Source: Tubiluchus corallicola
Lineage: Eukaryota > Animalia > Priapulida
Direction of reading: 5' to 3'
Length of the DNA stretch: 64,000 nt
Assembly (NCBI GenBank): GCA_030141605.1
Contig: JAQGDQ010000005.1
Location: forward strand, 1,054,180 to 1,118,179
Every line of letters starts with the position of its first letter. Position 1 is the stretch's first letter. Position numbers and translations under genes: made by a program. The notes below the pieces were generated by a model. The model was not told the DNA's origin, ran no database searches, and saw only the letters and a program-made list of their open reading frames with translations. This document shows positions 1 to 13,147 of this stretch, piece after piece.

Positions 1-1243
1 ACAACACACTGAATATCTTACAGTAGCATTGTAATTCAATTTTCAATTTCGCAAACATGTGCAACATGCTCGTGGAATGTTTTTGCTGTTGAAAATTATG
101 TTAATTTGCGATGTCATCAAAAGTTGGGCTCACCCGCTGTCAATTAAGTTTTCAATCTATAATTTAATTATCAGAAACACTTTTACATTATTAATTGTGT
201 TAAAATGTATACTTTTTATCGGACATGAAAATGTAAAAATATATGAAAAATCATCCTGTCTTCCTTTAATAATTACACCATTACAGTGTTGCAAAAAACT
301 GTTCAGTTTGCCAGATGGAGCCGACCTGGATCTGCTGGATCATTCGATTTGACAGTAAATCTAAAAAGTTCTGTACCAACACAGCTCACAAATGTATGTC
401 ACGTGAAGTCCGGCAAAAACTCCACTTCGCAAGTAAGAGGTTCTGTATAATGCCAGACATTATATATGGCAGTGTATCTAACATTCACTTTATTAATTAC
501 GAACGATTCATAAAAACTCATAAAATGTATGCCAGTAAATTTTTTAATAAGGCAAACATCCATGCTGCTGTGGTAACTATTGCCTTTCCACGGTCCAAAT
601 CGAGAGCTCAAACTTGAAAATTTTCTGAACAAAAACTGGAACAAAAAGGAACTTGGCACAGAGCATGAAAAAGACCAAAATTAGTTTTCTTTTCAATTTG
701 GCATTCCTCACATATCATAAACAAAATAGCAAAGCTCGATTTTTCTAAATTAGCTGTCTATAGCTTGCAAGGAAAACAGCTATACAGAAGTGAGGCATCT
801 TATGTCCAAGATACTTACAAATCTAAAACTTTACCGTATACAGTAGTTCTCTTTAGTTACTCACTTTGACTCGGCAGTAACATAGCAAATTCGACAAATT
901 TTCTGCTTGATTTGGCATGATTAGGCACTATTTTAGCACACTCAGCAGAGATTCAGTTGACCAAATTAAAGTTACCTTGCTTGACTGAGTCAAACTCACA
1001 TTCTAACTCGGGCACTTTAACTCACTCTAACTATAGGACAGAAGCGACCACTAGTAATATGCAGACACATAATAGCAAGAAAAATGTAAAAAAATTATTG
1101 CATATAGTCCACAAAGAATTTGCATTAAAATTGAATTTGCTTACAGATAAAAATTATATGGGAACCTCGGAACATCCTTTTCAAGTAACAACATTACCCA
1201 TACTAAGACTGATGCGAAAATGTCACACAGTTTAAAAACCAAC

Positions 1244-1394
1244 CTGTAGTTTCTGGATTACCAATGTATTTAAAAACACATGTGGGAGGCACAGACTCCA
1301 GTACAAGTATAGCATTAACAGCTTTCTGCAGCAAATGTTGGAATGACATTGGAGAATGGTCTGACTTCGCTGCTTGTTTAGGCTTATCTTTTGA
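1244..1394 (-). CDS. PDXDC1: PDXDC1 exon 13
   Basis: SKDKPKQAAK...VLESVPPTCVFKY resembles human SSPVVVFRF. The donor position (exon ending 1244, or an earlier gtaat) is uncertain. Confidence 0.75.
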
Positions 1395-4300
1395 CTGTAA
1401 CAAAAATAAATACTATAAAAATATCAGTTTCTCTCAAGCTTCACTCACAACGCTAAGTTGGTGCAAAAAACTTAAAAACTGTCATGCGTCTTAAATCTTA
1501 ATAAACGGACCACATTACCACAATTCTGCTTGTCAACCCACTTCTGAGAATTAATACAGTTGCAATACACTTATGCAACTTATGATCAATACAGTTAGAT
1601 GCCACTTTAAGTAGTAAATTATAGCATTTAGCTAAAAATAGCATTAATATGATCGTTTGCACCAAATGTCATCTACAAATTATGATACATAAAAAATGGA
1701 ATTTATGGTATGCTATTTCATGTCAGATTTCAGACAAGTATAAGGCAGGAGTCTAATGTGCTTCAGTTCAGAGAACTTAATCTTTTCGCACGTTTTTTGC
1801 TTATCAAGAAAAATACATGGCAGACCTGCAAGACAAACAGCAACGTACTATTTCTCTGAGATTTTTACGATGTAAAAAAACAAACACCAAAGACAATTCT
1901 AAATGTGAAGGACTGTAAAACTTACCAATATTTTAATGGATGGCAACTTTTCTAAATGTTCATGCAACTTTGCACTCTGTAAAGAAAAAAAAACTCCAAG
2001 CTAAGAATGACCAATCTGCATAAATAAACTGATAAAATGCACAACTGTACAGATACAGAACTCTGGTGGCATGTGCAAATTCGTTGGACTGCATGTACAA
2101 GATCTCACAGCTTGAGATCAAACTTGCAGTTCCTAGATGAATATTCAGCTGACATTGTCCGCACAGAAATTTAAAGAGATAATAACATGTGGCTCAAAAG
2201 CGCAATAGGTTTTGACTGAGGTAAAACTAACCTCTTACCAGCCACAATCTACTCTTCATGCTTTAAAAATTATTACAAACTTTAGCATTATAAGTTGTAA
2301 TAAGTAATTATCACTTTTTAATTACATAACCATGTCGTTTAATATAGTTGATCAAAAATAAGTTTAAGCTGGTAATCACAATAATCTTCTATGTGTGGGT
2401 AAAGTCTGAAGTAAAAGTGGTCTAAGAGAATGAATTATAAGCATCATTAGTCATTTTGGTTTTGCCTGCAGATTGTATGGCAAAAATACTCAATTCGAGC
2501 ATGCAGAATAAGACAATTACATGTACTACTCACTAATTCACAGGAATGCTTAATTTTGGAGACGATACCATCATAACCAAGTTTCTGTAGGCATATCCAT
2601 ATCGGTAGGCAGCTAAGTCTTAGATGGCTATTAGAGGAACTGAGACCAGCAGCATGCACTAAAATGGGTTCTGATGCCTTAAACAATGACTGAAGTTACA
2701 GATAAGAAAATTATAAATGTAAGAATTGTATTTACAGAGTACACGATGTGCACAAATAATATCATTATACAGTATGTGATGCATACAAAACAAGATGATA
2801 CAATGACAGTATGATGACACAAGTACACTATGACAATATAGTATTTACAAAACTCAAATTCAAATACAGTGAAAAAAGTACCAGTAATCTCCAGAGAATG
2901 ATAAACCTCACCATACCAATGTGTTGTTCCAGCCTGCCAAAGGTAAAGGAGAATTTGCATTATATTCCATGACAAGAAGCATGGTAGCTTGCTTGGCTTT
3001 GGTACTTCCGAAAATAGGATTATTGTACATTGTACAAATTTTGGATTATTCACTTGCACCAGGATTATAAAACATTTAAGAGAAAATGTCTAATCTGACA
3101 ATACCATAAATAATCATTCAAAGGATACCACATAAGGAATAGCTGGTATTCCTAACCATACTCCCATTGTTAAAGTCATACTATCACCAGTCTTAGCAGC
3201 CTGAAAAACGTGAAAGCTAATAACTGAATAACAGCATTTTAAGATCTGCACTTATTAGTCATTACCAAACTATTTTTAATAAGCATTACTAATAACTACT
3301 ACTTGAATAGTTATAATGCAGCAAGCACTTCATATGTATCGACACTCTACTGACAGAAAAAGTAATAAAAATCTACTGGTAGATGTAAAAGCGAGACTCT
3401 AGTTAAGTTCAGGACAGACATACTGGACACTACACCAATCACAGTTTCCATTTTCATCAGTTTATTTATCATACAGGTATAAAAAATAAAGAAAATATCA
3501 GTGTTTTAAAAGTATTTCTGGGATGTAAGTAAAGAATCGATTTAGGAGCACTTATTAGAGGCAATCCAAGTGACAACTTGTTGTAGACATATGTGGTCAA
3601 ACCGTGCAACATAAAAATTTAAAAGGCATGTATACAAACAAAGAATTTGTAAGAGCCAGTTTTTTAAACTCATCATTGAGCCAAAAAAATAAAACCCAGT
3701 AAAAACACATAGTATCGACGTATACTTACAATAACAGAGTTAGGAACTGACATCAGGGTTAAAGTTGAAAGGTTGTGTCCTTCCAAATGAAGCCATATAT
3801 CGTTGGCTTTGCAGATTTCCTGAATTTGCTTCAAATTGTCTACCTGACCAACAACAGGTGTACCTACAATATTGGCAAAATTCACAATCAACAGCAAGCA
3901 ATGACAATGCAAAGCTGAATAAGCAGAATAATCTGACAAACAAACTGAGATGACGCCAGTTTAGAAAACCAAACAGAAACTGAATTTAACAAAATACGAA
4001 TTATTAAGACCAAACACAAACAGAAAATGCATTAACAATTTAATAAGTGCATTATAAAGCAGGATTTTCTAACACATGTAGCCTTAGCAACTTACTTTTA
4101 ACTCATTTCCTAAGGTAAACGTTTAGTACTTTTTTCAAATTTGCTAAAGCATTTGCTTAGTGTAATGATGATCGAAAGATAAAGTCGCCAAATTTAAATT
4201 GATAAAATTCAAACTTGTAGTTTTATTTCAGACAAGTGTAAAGAAAATAAAAAATAATAACTTTTGCAAACTTTCATATTGGACAAATTCACCGCATTTT

Positions 4301-7300
4301 CAACATTTTGATTTACGGAACTGACAACCACTATTTTATGTTTGCTGCAATATGCAAACAAGCATTAAAAACAATACCAACAAGAATACCTGCATTTGCC
4401 ACTACAAGTAAAGGCACTTTTCCAGCAGCAAGATCATCTTGCACTAATTGAGCAAGTCGCTGTGTACTCTAAAACACATAATATAAAAAAGTTGTCAAAT
4501 TACAACTACTAATAAAAATATTACACAGTAATAAAATAAAAAAAACAATGATGAAATTGCAATTAGTTCAAAATTTTTCACCTAAACCTCTAGAGACAGA
4601 TGAATTATGCACTGTTGAACAAATATGACTAAATATTACCATTTTGTATCTTTTGTTACTTTCCACACCACATGGAATAACAGAGACGCAGGAGACAGGT
4701 AGACCCAACTGAAAGTAAACCAACTATCAAATTAATCGTTAAAGGAAAAATTTCTACAAAAATCAACTGCTTAACAAAAATGTGCAACATTATGAGAATT
4801 CTTTATAGTTAGTGTTTGTACAAAACAGCATAAACATCTTAATGTTAATTACACCACAAAAAGAAAAGTATCAACACATTACAAGCTAAAGTACGGTAGG
4901 CTAGTATAATTCCACGGTTCTATGCCACAATAAAATTTTGGTGATTTATAAGAAGTGATAACTTTACCTGCATGCAAAGGAATTCACCCATTCCGTTGCG
5001 ACAAGCTGAGCTAAGATACAGAACTGGTGGACGAGGGTACAGTGCCTCAAATCCCTCCGTACTGTATTTTGGATATTTTTTGTACAGCAATAATTTACAT
5101 ATACGTAACAAACCATCTCTGTAATCGTCATGGAAATAAGCCGCGCTTTCAAAAAATCTGTAAAGGAATAAAGGATACAATCTAGCATTAAAAAAGACAA
5201 AATCAAAATTCCTGATATTGTAAACCGTAAATTTAATGTGTGCTGGAAATGTTTGCGAATATTGTGAAGAAGGCCTTAGGCATTTAAACTTACAGGCCCT
5301 TTGCAGCAGCATGTTGGCTTCGTTTTATGGTGTGTACAGGTATTCAGTTTGTAGAACTGTAGTTAGCTGAGCCAACACATGTTAGTACTGCCAATAAAAG
5401 GCACTGCCTACTATTATGCCTTCTTGTTATTCGCGAGGTGTTCACTGAAGCATGATTTGGTGAGTTTAAATCAATGTCAGTAATTATATTTGCAAACACT
5501 GAAAGCTAATTGTCATCATTTTACCCAAAGACTTGTTTTTATCCGCTATGCCAGATTTGTTTAGAATTGCATAATTTAGCAGCTCAGCTATTGATCAATT
5601 ATGTTTGGATAGTGCAAAATTCACAACCTGGGTAATTTGCTTGAAATGGTTGCAAAAATATCGACATTTTGAAACTCAATTAGCAAAAATTTAGCTCACA
5701 CTTTTCTTCTGGTTTACTATAACCTGGTATCTAGAAGTTGTTAAAGTTAAACGAAACAATCAGTACTTGAAAATAATTGTTATAAATTCCCGGTTCATGC
5801 AGTCTTTGAAAGTAAATAAATCAGAGAAGTCAAAGATAAGAATATGACAGGAGCCAAGCACTGTGCAATCCTCACAAAACTGTTAAATTATTTTTATTTT
5901 GCAACCATCAACCATAAGTTACGGTACATACCTAAATAGCCGAGATAACCATAATGTGGTATCAGAAATAATGCGTGTTGTAACATGACGTAGGTGAAGC
6001 TGATCCAAAGTGGAAATGTATGCAGCTACGCTGTGTGACAATACAGCCATTTTTCCATCTTCATCTAATGGATGCAAAGTAACATCTCTGCTACGAAAAA
6101 TGTAAAAATGTTTGCTAAAGCAACCGGTTTCAACCCAATGATCAAGTTTTTACATAAAAACCATCTCATTTTGAATAACTATATTTAATCCTTAAAGTGA
6201 TTTTAGTCACAAAAAGTACCTCTCGCTGTTACTATTGTTTGATTCTGTTTACGATGTAAGTTTGTCAAACTTGTCTAGAACTCTGTTTTTGTTTTTGAAA
6301 CTTAATGAAGACATTAGCCTAGAATACTAATAATATTACTCAAATATATTCATATTAACAAATTAATTAAATACAGTATCTATATTAATTAAACACATTT
6401 TCTATATCATCTTGTTTACTGCAGTATTTCTAGTTTTTTTTACGAAAATTAGACGATCTTATCAAACTCATTTGCATATGATAAGCAATTAACAAAATGT
6501 TGGTACAAGCATAAAAAACAGATTTCCAAAATAAAAAAAATGTCTTTCAAGGTTCAGGTTACAAGATTTTTTTTAAAAACTACTTCATTTCGCAAGTTGT
6601 AACAGCATATTTCAAGAACTAGTCCAGTCCAACAGACTATATGGTAGCAATAGTTACAAGGACACTATAAAAAAAGACAATGCGTGCAAGCACTAACAAA
6701 CTTGTATAAAATGACCAAAGAAAATATCAGCAATAATTTACAATTCATTTTATCTAGATTTACTGAGATAAGCAGTAAAGTGATAAATTTTGCTTTAATT
6801 TTTGAGACTTACTTCTGTTCGGAAGTATTGTCCTCTTCATCATCGCACAAAATAATATTTTCCAACTTTTCTATTACATCCTGTATTTGAAGTCCACTAA
6901 AATAACACAATTATTTAATATAACTCATAAACAGACATATAATCAAAACAATGTACAAATTTCATTGAACTCTTTAACTACAGTTTGTTGCTCGATCAAC
7001 ATCTGGTGAGCCAGTGTGAAACTATACGTGTCAGCAGGGCTTGCGCACCTTACAAAACTACATGCCAAAAACTAAAATTCAGCAATACTGGCGAAAGAAT
7101 ACATCAAATGACGAAATTCTTGCCGAAAGAGTACTCTGTTAGTCTTTACAATAACCTACTTTTAATATAACAATAACACTAGTTTTATGGGCATAATGAA
7201 TATTTGTGGTCCGAGGTCCTTCATTTGTACCCTAAAATACAAGGCACAACGTCAGTTACGTTTACCAAAGGAAGTAACACTGGTCATTAACGTCGATGCT

Positions 7301-9977
7301 ATTGACGACAGCCAGTTAATAGTCGTTGAACCTCTGTCATTCTCATTTACAACTGCCATTGTTTAAACAAAGCCAGCATTCTAAACATTAAAGTGAAGAG
7401 AATGCTTTTTGGTAGTTATAATGTAACTTAGAGCACACTGTGACTAATATAATACAAGTATGTTTATTGCTATAATTTTAGCTAAAAAGTGAAGGACAGC
7501 TGCGCCGGTGTTAGTAGCAAAATGCATTGGAAGTTGCTTAGTTAATTCTTGAAACCTGTAGAAATGACAAAATGAATGATTATGTTTAGCGAAGGAAGTA
7601 AAAACCACAACTTTTGCCAGATGTGCAGAGAGCATAGTATAACTTGCTTACAACCTAAAGACTTAATAACTCTTCATGAATTGGCAAGCAAGAATCAACT
7701 ATTTCACTATAATGGCGAAGTACATGAACAAAATAATTTATTCAAGATATCTGTTGCATAAGATCATCCAAGATCTCACATAATCTGTTTGTTGACTGTG
7801 TGTTATAACAGACACTTCCTCGAATAAAATATCAAATGCAGAGAACAGAGTGATTGTTTTGTCGGCGAGCAGTAAAAAATTACATATTTGTCTGATTCTT
7901 TTGATTCAAAAAACTTAACATTAAGATAGACACGCAAACATACAAAAATGTACATGTACTGGTATAGACTAGAAAAAACTCACAGAAAATTTGTTTGTTA
8001 AATTGATTTATAATCAATAATGCACAAATGTTCTTCATGGTGTTTATCTACCCTTTTTGCCATTTATTTTGGTGATGGTAATAGACTGACAAATATATAC
8101 GTACCAAGTTACATTACAAGGCTATACACATTAATAAGCAGAGGTTATAGGCACCGTTAAACAGCTTTACAAGCAAGAATTTCTCGAAATGGAACTGGAA
8201 CTAACTCGTAGTTGTTCTTCCAGGTGTCGATTTCAAAAAAGAAGTACTAAACACTCCCTCTGGGACCTCCATGAAGTGATTCACGATTGTTTTTTGCATT
8301 TGGTGTTCGATCAAGTTTTGAGAAAAAAGAACCAGCGAACATTCCCATTTTGGCACCCTATACCTGCTTTTCTTTCACAAAGACAGTTTTTGCATAATAG
8401 GCTTACTGCCATAACAGACAAAATACAGTCAAACAAACAGACAAGCAAACAAACTGTGTTGAAGAACAACATCCTTGGCAGAAGTAAAAATAAATAAAAT
8501 AATTATCCCCCACTTTACCCTGACCCTAAGCACATATTTTACTAAGTGTGCCATTTTTACCTAGTTCTCTGATTGTGCCATTTTTTCTTGCGCCATTTTT
8601 ACCCACATTCTGTTTTGTCATATAAAAAATCAAGATGTGCAAAAGTGGTTAGATCTAAAATGAAAGCAATGAGCGACAGAATTAGAACATACACTTGGGA
8701 GTCATAAAATAAATTCAAAGAGATGAAAAATGACTGAGCCAGCGAAGGGTGTGAGCTTCAAATTTTGTCAACAACCAGGTTGCGAAAACTTCAAATTATG
8801 TCAACAACACGGTTGCGAAAACTACTAGAGGCGTATCCTCGCGTTAATCATGTTAGATGGTGGAAACAACACAGTGTTCAGCATTTGGTTTGGTATTCAC
8901 CTGAGCACATAGAGGACTGAGATCAAAATTGATATATTTCTCTGTTATTCAAGAATGCAATTTTATCCAAACTTCAATGTTTTGCTGTACAGCATGCTGG
9001 CCATTAGTAACTTGAAGTCAGATTTAACGAGCAAATTCTATTTTAAATATGCATCTAGAGCAGGCATTCTGAAAAGCCTAGCATGCTAGTTCTGTAATGA
9101 CAACATTTTGAGCATTATTACAGTTTATAATGACCTAAAAGTGTAGGCAAAACATGTGAATGCACAATGGGTATAATTTATTATTGAGCTATTGAACAGA
9201 AGATTTTATTCATAAGTTATTGGACTTAAATTAGGTAAAACTTTAGGCCACCCAACATAGTTACAATTATTACTGAAGTAAAATAATGCTAATGATGAAC
9301 TATTGCACACCTTCCTTTAAGAGGAGCTGGTATATGTTCTTGCAATGGCTTCAGATACCTTTCCCTGTTCTCTGCCTTGATTTTGCTGAAAAGTAGGCAG
9401 TTGATTAGAACATGTTGCAACAGTGCTAATGTACATAAAACAATCAAGTTAGCACTATTTGAAAATAATAGACTCAGCACACATTTGTTACTGGATATAA
9501 GCTACTAATCAAAACCAATTCTGCAACAATTTTTTTTTTAATCTAAAGATAAAGGTGTAACTGAAAGTATTCGATAATATTTGGTAATTTAACCAATCTT
9601 AAAGCTTCTGAAATCTAAATGCGTAACTGAATAAAATCATGGAAAAATACGTTTTACAAGCATAAACTTACTCGTGTAGTTCATCCAGTATTTTAATGTT
9701 CTCGTTAACAGAAGTCTGCATATCATTCAAGACAGGATTGACAAACTAAAATAAAAAATTCATTTTCAAACAAAATTTTGTTTTGAAAATAGTGAATCCA
9801 CAGTAAGTCCTCGCTAGGAAAGAACAAGTCACTTAGCATGTTGGGTTTATTTACTGTTATCTCTTAAACTTAGAAAACTATAACAAAGAAATTTGCAAAA
9901 AAAAACTGTCAATAAAGCTTAAATTTAAAACACACTACCTCTGAATAGAAATTTTCAGGCGAGGCGGTTGCCGCCAT
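1244..9977 (-). CDS. PDXDC1: Pyridoxal-dependent decarboxylase domain-containing protein 1, 13 exons, 3' part outside the window
   Basis: Manually spliced GT-AG exons with consistent phases: 9939-9977, 9672-9745, 9311-9385, 6813-6896, 5932-6090, 4968-5157, 4640-4708, 4390-4468, 3730-3863, 3129-3200, 2534-2689, 1926-1976, 1244-1394. The translation follows recalled human PDXDC1 in order (HSVAAYISTLD, RIISDTTLWLSRLFR, AYFHDDYRDGL, PLLVVANAGT, IWLHLEGHNL, DSMTLTMGVWLG, LPIWICLQKLG). Confidence 0.93.
1926..1976 (-). CDS. PDXDC1: PDXDC1 exon 12 (SAKLHEHLEKLPSIKIL)
   Basis: Resembles human SQRLQESLKKVNYIKIL; ttacag acceptor and gtaag donor. Confidence 0.88.
2534..2689 (-). CDS. PDXDC1: PDXDC1 exon 11
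   Basis: SLFKASEPILVHAAGL...LPIWICLQKLGYDGIVSKIKHSCEL; gtgagt donor. Confidence 0.92.
2690..3128 (-). other. Putative U12-type (minor spliceosome) GT-AG intron of PDXDC1
   Basis: 5' splice site GTATCCTTTG; TTTCTTATC branch-like motif about 11 nt before the AG, with no real pyrimidine tract after it. Confidence 0.7.
3129..3200 (-). CDS. PDXDC1: PDXDC1 exon 10 (AAKTGDSMTLTMGVWLGIPAIPYV)
   Basis: Resembles human AAKCDSMTMTPGPWLGLPAVPAV; followed by GTATCCTTT donor. Confidence 0.93.
3730..3863 (-). CDS. PDXDC1: PDXDC1 exon 9
   Basis: GTPVVGQVDNLKQIQEICKANDIWLHLEGHNLSTLTL. Confidence 0.93.
4390..4468 (-). CDS. PDXDC1: PDXDC1 exon 8 (STQRLAQLVQDDLAAGKVPLLVVANA)
   Basis: Resembles human DDIERGRLPLLLVANAG. 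Confidence 0.92.
4640..4708 (-). CDS. PDXDC1: PDXDC1 exon 7 (LGLPVSCVSVIPCGVESNKRYKM)
   Basis: Resembles human LGLPFPCLCRVPC; canonical splice sites. Confidence 0.9.
4968..5157 (-). CDS. PDXDC1: PDXDC1 exon 6
   Basis: FFESAAYFHDDYRDGLLRICK...PPVLYLSSACRNGMGEFLCMQ. Confidence 0.93.
5932..6090 (-). CDS. PDXDC1: PDXDC1 exon 5
   Basis: GKMAVLSHSVAAYISTLDQLHLRHVTTRIISDTTLWLSRLFR, close match to recalled human sequence. Confidence 0.93.
6813..6896 (-). CDS. PDXDC1: PDXDC1 exon 4 (GLQIQDVIEKLENIILCDDEEDNTSEQ)
   Basis: ttttag acceptor and gtaag donor, phases match both neighbours. Confidence 0.85.
8756..8821. repeat. Tandem duplication, about 33 bp x2
   Basis: cttcaaatt(t/a)tgtcaacaac..ggttgcgaaaa occurs twice in tandem. 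Confidence 0.85.
9311..9385 (-). CDS. PDXDC1: PDXDC1 exon 3 (KIKAENRERYLKPLQEHIPAPLKG)
   Basis: ttttcag acceptor; IPAPLKG resembles human IPGPLQG. Confidence 0.85.
9672..9745 (-). CDS. PDXDC1: PDXDC1 exon 2 (FVNPVLNDMQTSVNENIKILDELH)
   Basis: ttttag acceptor, gtaag donor; resembles human ADPTLAEMGKNLKEAVKMLED. Confidence 0.85.
9939..9977 (-). CDS. PDXDC1: PDXDC1 exon 1 (MAATASPENFYSE)
   Basis: ATG at 9977, phase-0 donor GTAGTG, in frame with exon 2. Confidence 0.75.
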
Positions 9978-10389
9978 TCACTTGAAAATTAAGACGTAAC
10001 TGGGAGACTTCGTGACTTTTCGTAAATACATCATGGTTTTCCGTAAGCGCGGGCTGTTTAAACTAATTCAGATTTTTTCTGCAGCTTACCTAATGTTCAC
10101 GCAAAAATATTACAAAATTAGCTACCTATTTTTTTCTAAAAGCTTATTATACTTTTGAAGAAAATTGAACAGTGTGCTACGTTTCTTCAGGACGAATGAT
10201 GTCACTGGAAGAAGGATGGGTATATTCAAAATGGAAAGGCTGAAATGGGAAATGATTGCGACTTTAATATGATTTTACTAATCACACGAGGCGTTTATTA
10301 CTAGTTTTATTACTAAATCCTCCTAACGTTTTTCGTGAATATTGAAATAAGCCTAACTTCCCAGAAGGCTTGGCCTTTCCTTTAAAGAC

Positions 10390-11800
10390 TCTTCATTTAG
10401 CCCACACTTTGAGCACTAAAATACTGTTTGTTGAGTTTAAATTTAACAAAGCAGCAAGTACTCTTATAGTAGGTTGTCTGTTTGCCATGCACCAGTGATT
10501 TATTGTTATAAAGAAGCCACTACAACTCCAGTCACTATGGGAATTGGCCACTAATAGTGGAAAGCCCTGGTTCACCGCTATTTGATTTATTGTTAGTGTT
10601 TACCTGCTTAGAGTAGTGATAAGCATGGCTTCAGTAGTAGTCTACTATTTCTTAAAGGAATACTACACAGTAAACTAACATAAGTTCAGAACACTTGCTG
10701 TGTCTTTTAAAGCAACTTCATCAAACATTTTCAAGCGATGTGCTTCACAAACGCCTAAAGACAAATGTGTATATTCAAAAATTTCTGCTTTCAACCTATG
10801 ATCGGCTCTCGCAAGCACTATGCCATCATCGGTACATTTCTTCTCATGATACATAAGCTAATACATCAACTCGTGCTTGCCAGAGACAGCTAATGACTAA
10901 TTAAAACAAGAAGTAAATAAGAAATACGAAACATTGATTACAGGGAACAATGCCTAAGTTGATTGCTAAAAATTGATACATAAGTGAACAGCACAAAATA
11001 GAAAGTAATAGAACGTTTTACTAATTCTTAAACAGCACAGCTGTAAAGGTTTGATTATCTCTGCTACGATCACATTTGGCATACTTTTCTCATCTTAACT
11101 GCTAACACTCTGGCCTCTAAAAACATTCACACAGCTTTTTGTCCTGTAACAATTACAATGTAAACAATTTGTACCCTCTATACTAGGTTGGGTGAGTGTT
11201 ATTTATGCTGCTCTTATCTCTATGACAAAGCTTGAAATACAAACCTCTAGTCTAGATGCTATTAATTAATAAATTTACAGTACAGTAATCTGACCTGTGA
11301 AAATTGTCATCATAATTAGCTGGAATAAGCTTCTAATGTTTCCTTCTTTCGATAATATTCAAGTCAAACGTTTTGATAATCTTGCACGTAAATTCAGATC
11401 AACTTCAATTCAAATAAGTCAAATAAGTGTGATGTGTTTAAAATATTGTTATACTCTAAATTCAGTTCTTTGTTTATTAAATCTATATTATAATACCAAT
11501 GTAATATAATATAATAGTACGGCTCTTTTTTTAGTATTGAAATGTGTTGGACAGTTATGTAAGTTCCTCCATGGGTTTTTGCATTCTAGAATTTTTAGAT
11601 GCCTGGTATAATACCAGACCAGACAGCAGAAATATCTATCAGACAGCACTTTTGAATGCTTAAAGGGTGCTCCCTACAGTTTAGACACAGGAATTCACTC
11701 ATATTTTTTCAAACATGCAAACAAGGGTTTCAATCGATCTTTCACAAGAATAACACTTGTCCTCCAGCAAGTGCAGTGCTGACCTAAGACAGAATTTTTG
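10390..11800 (-). mobile_element. Highly degraded DNA-transposase relic (Academ-like)
   Basis: Interrupted minus-strand fragments DGIVLARADHRLKAEIF, LSTISGQF and DKCYSCERSIETLVC resemble the N-terminal region of Academ-type proteins; many stops and frameshifts. Confidence 0.3.
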
Positions 11801-13147
11801 TTAATTTAAACCTTACTTTATAAATTGTTTGCATCCCCTTCTGACTGGAAGCTTTAACATTTTTGTTTGCCCTCAGTCTGGTAGCAAAAAGAATCCTTCG
11901 TCGAAACAAGCCATAGCCTAAATCACCAGGCTAACGCGTTCATAGAGCCAATCAACCACATCAAATAACTGGTTCGTTCAGGGGAATTCGATAGGGTCAA
12001 TTGGATTGTGATAAAGTGCTGTGCTGTCAAACAGGTTGTAAATTTTTATCGTTTATTTACATCATCACAGGCCAGTCAATACTATTAAACGTGCAACTAA
12101 TATAAGTTAGATTTTATGCAAAAGCTAAATTTAAAGATTAGTACTAATAGTAGTACTACTAAGCAACTATTACTTAGTAGTAGTAGTAAGAATAGATATG
12201 CACGTCGATAGTTACCATAAATTACTTTTAGCTTTACGAAAAAATATTCAACGTGCCTTGTAAAAAAAGTGCTCCGCTCCTGCCGTGACGGGATTAATGT
12301 TGCTTTTTTCCAAGTCTGCATCTTCGGCATTGCTATTACTAGTGTTGGAATTTTGTGAAAGTGCAGCGTTGTCAGCCATACTGACACATTGAGCGTTTGG
12401 TTGTTATTACGTAGTACTGACGGAGCATCAGAGCACGTAGTAAAATTGTTATCTATGGTTTGCTATCACCAATTTAATTCAATTTAATCCAGCTTTGTTG
12501 CACAAATACAGTTACAAATACACTGGCAAATTCTAATCAAACATACCATATTTCTGGAACAAATAATATAGACATGTAAAATACTTATGACGATAGTAAA
12601 AATTAATTTAAATTTAACTACCAGTAGATGATTTACGTATGGAATATTTCACATGGTGATCAGTATTATTAAATTTTAATAAAAAATAATTTTGTAAGGT
12701 AATCTAATTATAATTTATAAATCAACTATGTCATGTTGGACTCTTATATAAAAAGCACAGCTTGACAAAAGAATTTTATATAAGTGATACGTAATATAAG
12801 CTTAACACGTAACTGACTTAACATATTAAACATAATATATGTTTAAGCTTAATATCAATAATTAATTTATGGTAGTTGTAGGAGATAAGTTTTGAGCAAA
12901 AATAACAGTTCGGATGAGTAGTTAGCTGAATATAGGCTAAGCCTAGTACAGTAAAGCATACTTGCATGGTGGTTTAGTGTTTCTATTTGGTTTCGACTTA
13001 TATGATTTGAATTATTATTTAAGTTTACGTACTGGCGACAGCCACCACAGATCAAGATCAATTTTGCGGTTTCTCCTAAAAAACAGGATGAAGAGAATGC
13101 ACTGTTTATTGCGGCTCTTTTTGTTATTGAATTTATAACCACCACAC

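Noticed and set aside
1-1243. Further PDXDC1 exons or the short ORFs listed here
   Set aside because: No frame matches the expected next PDXDC1 segment; treated as intron.
3864-4389. PDXDC1 intron with a GTATTCTT donor as a second U12 intron
   Set aside because: Mismatch at the conserved +5 C and no U12-like branch point near the acceptor.
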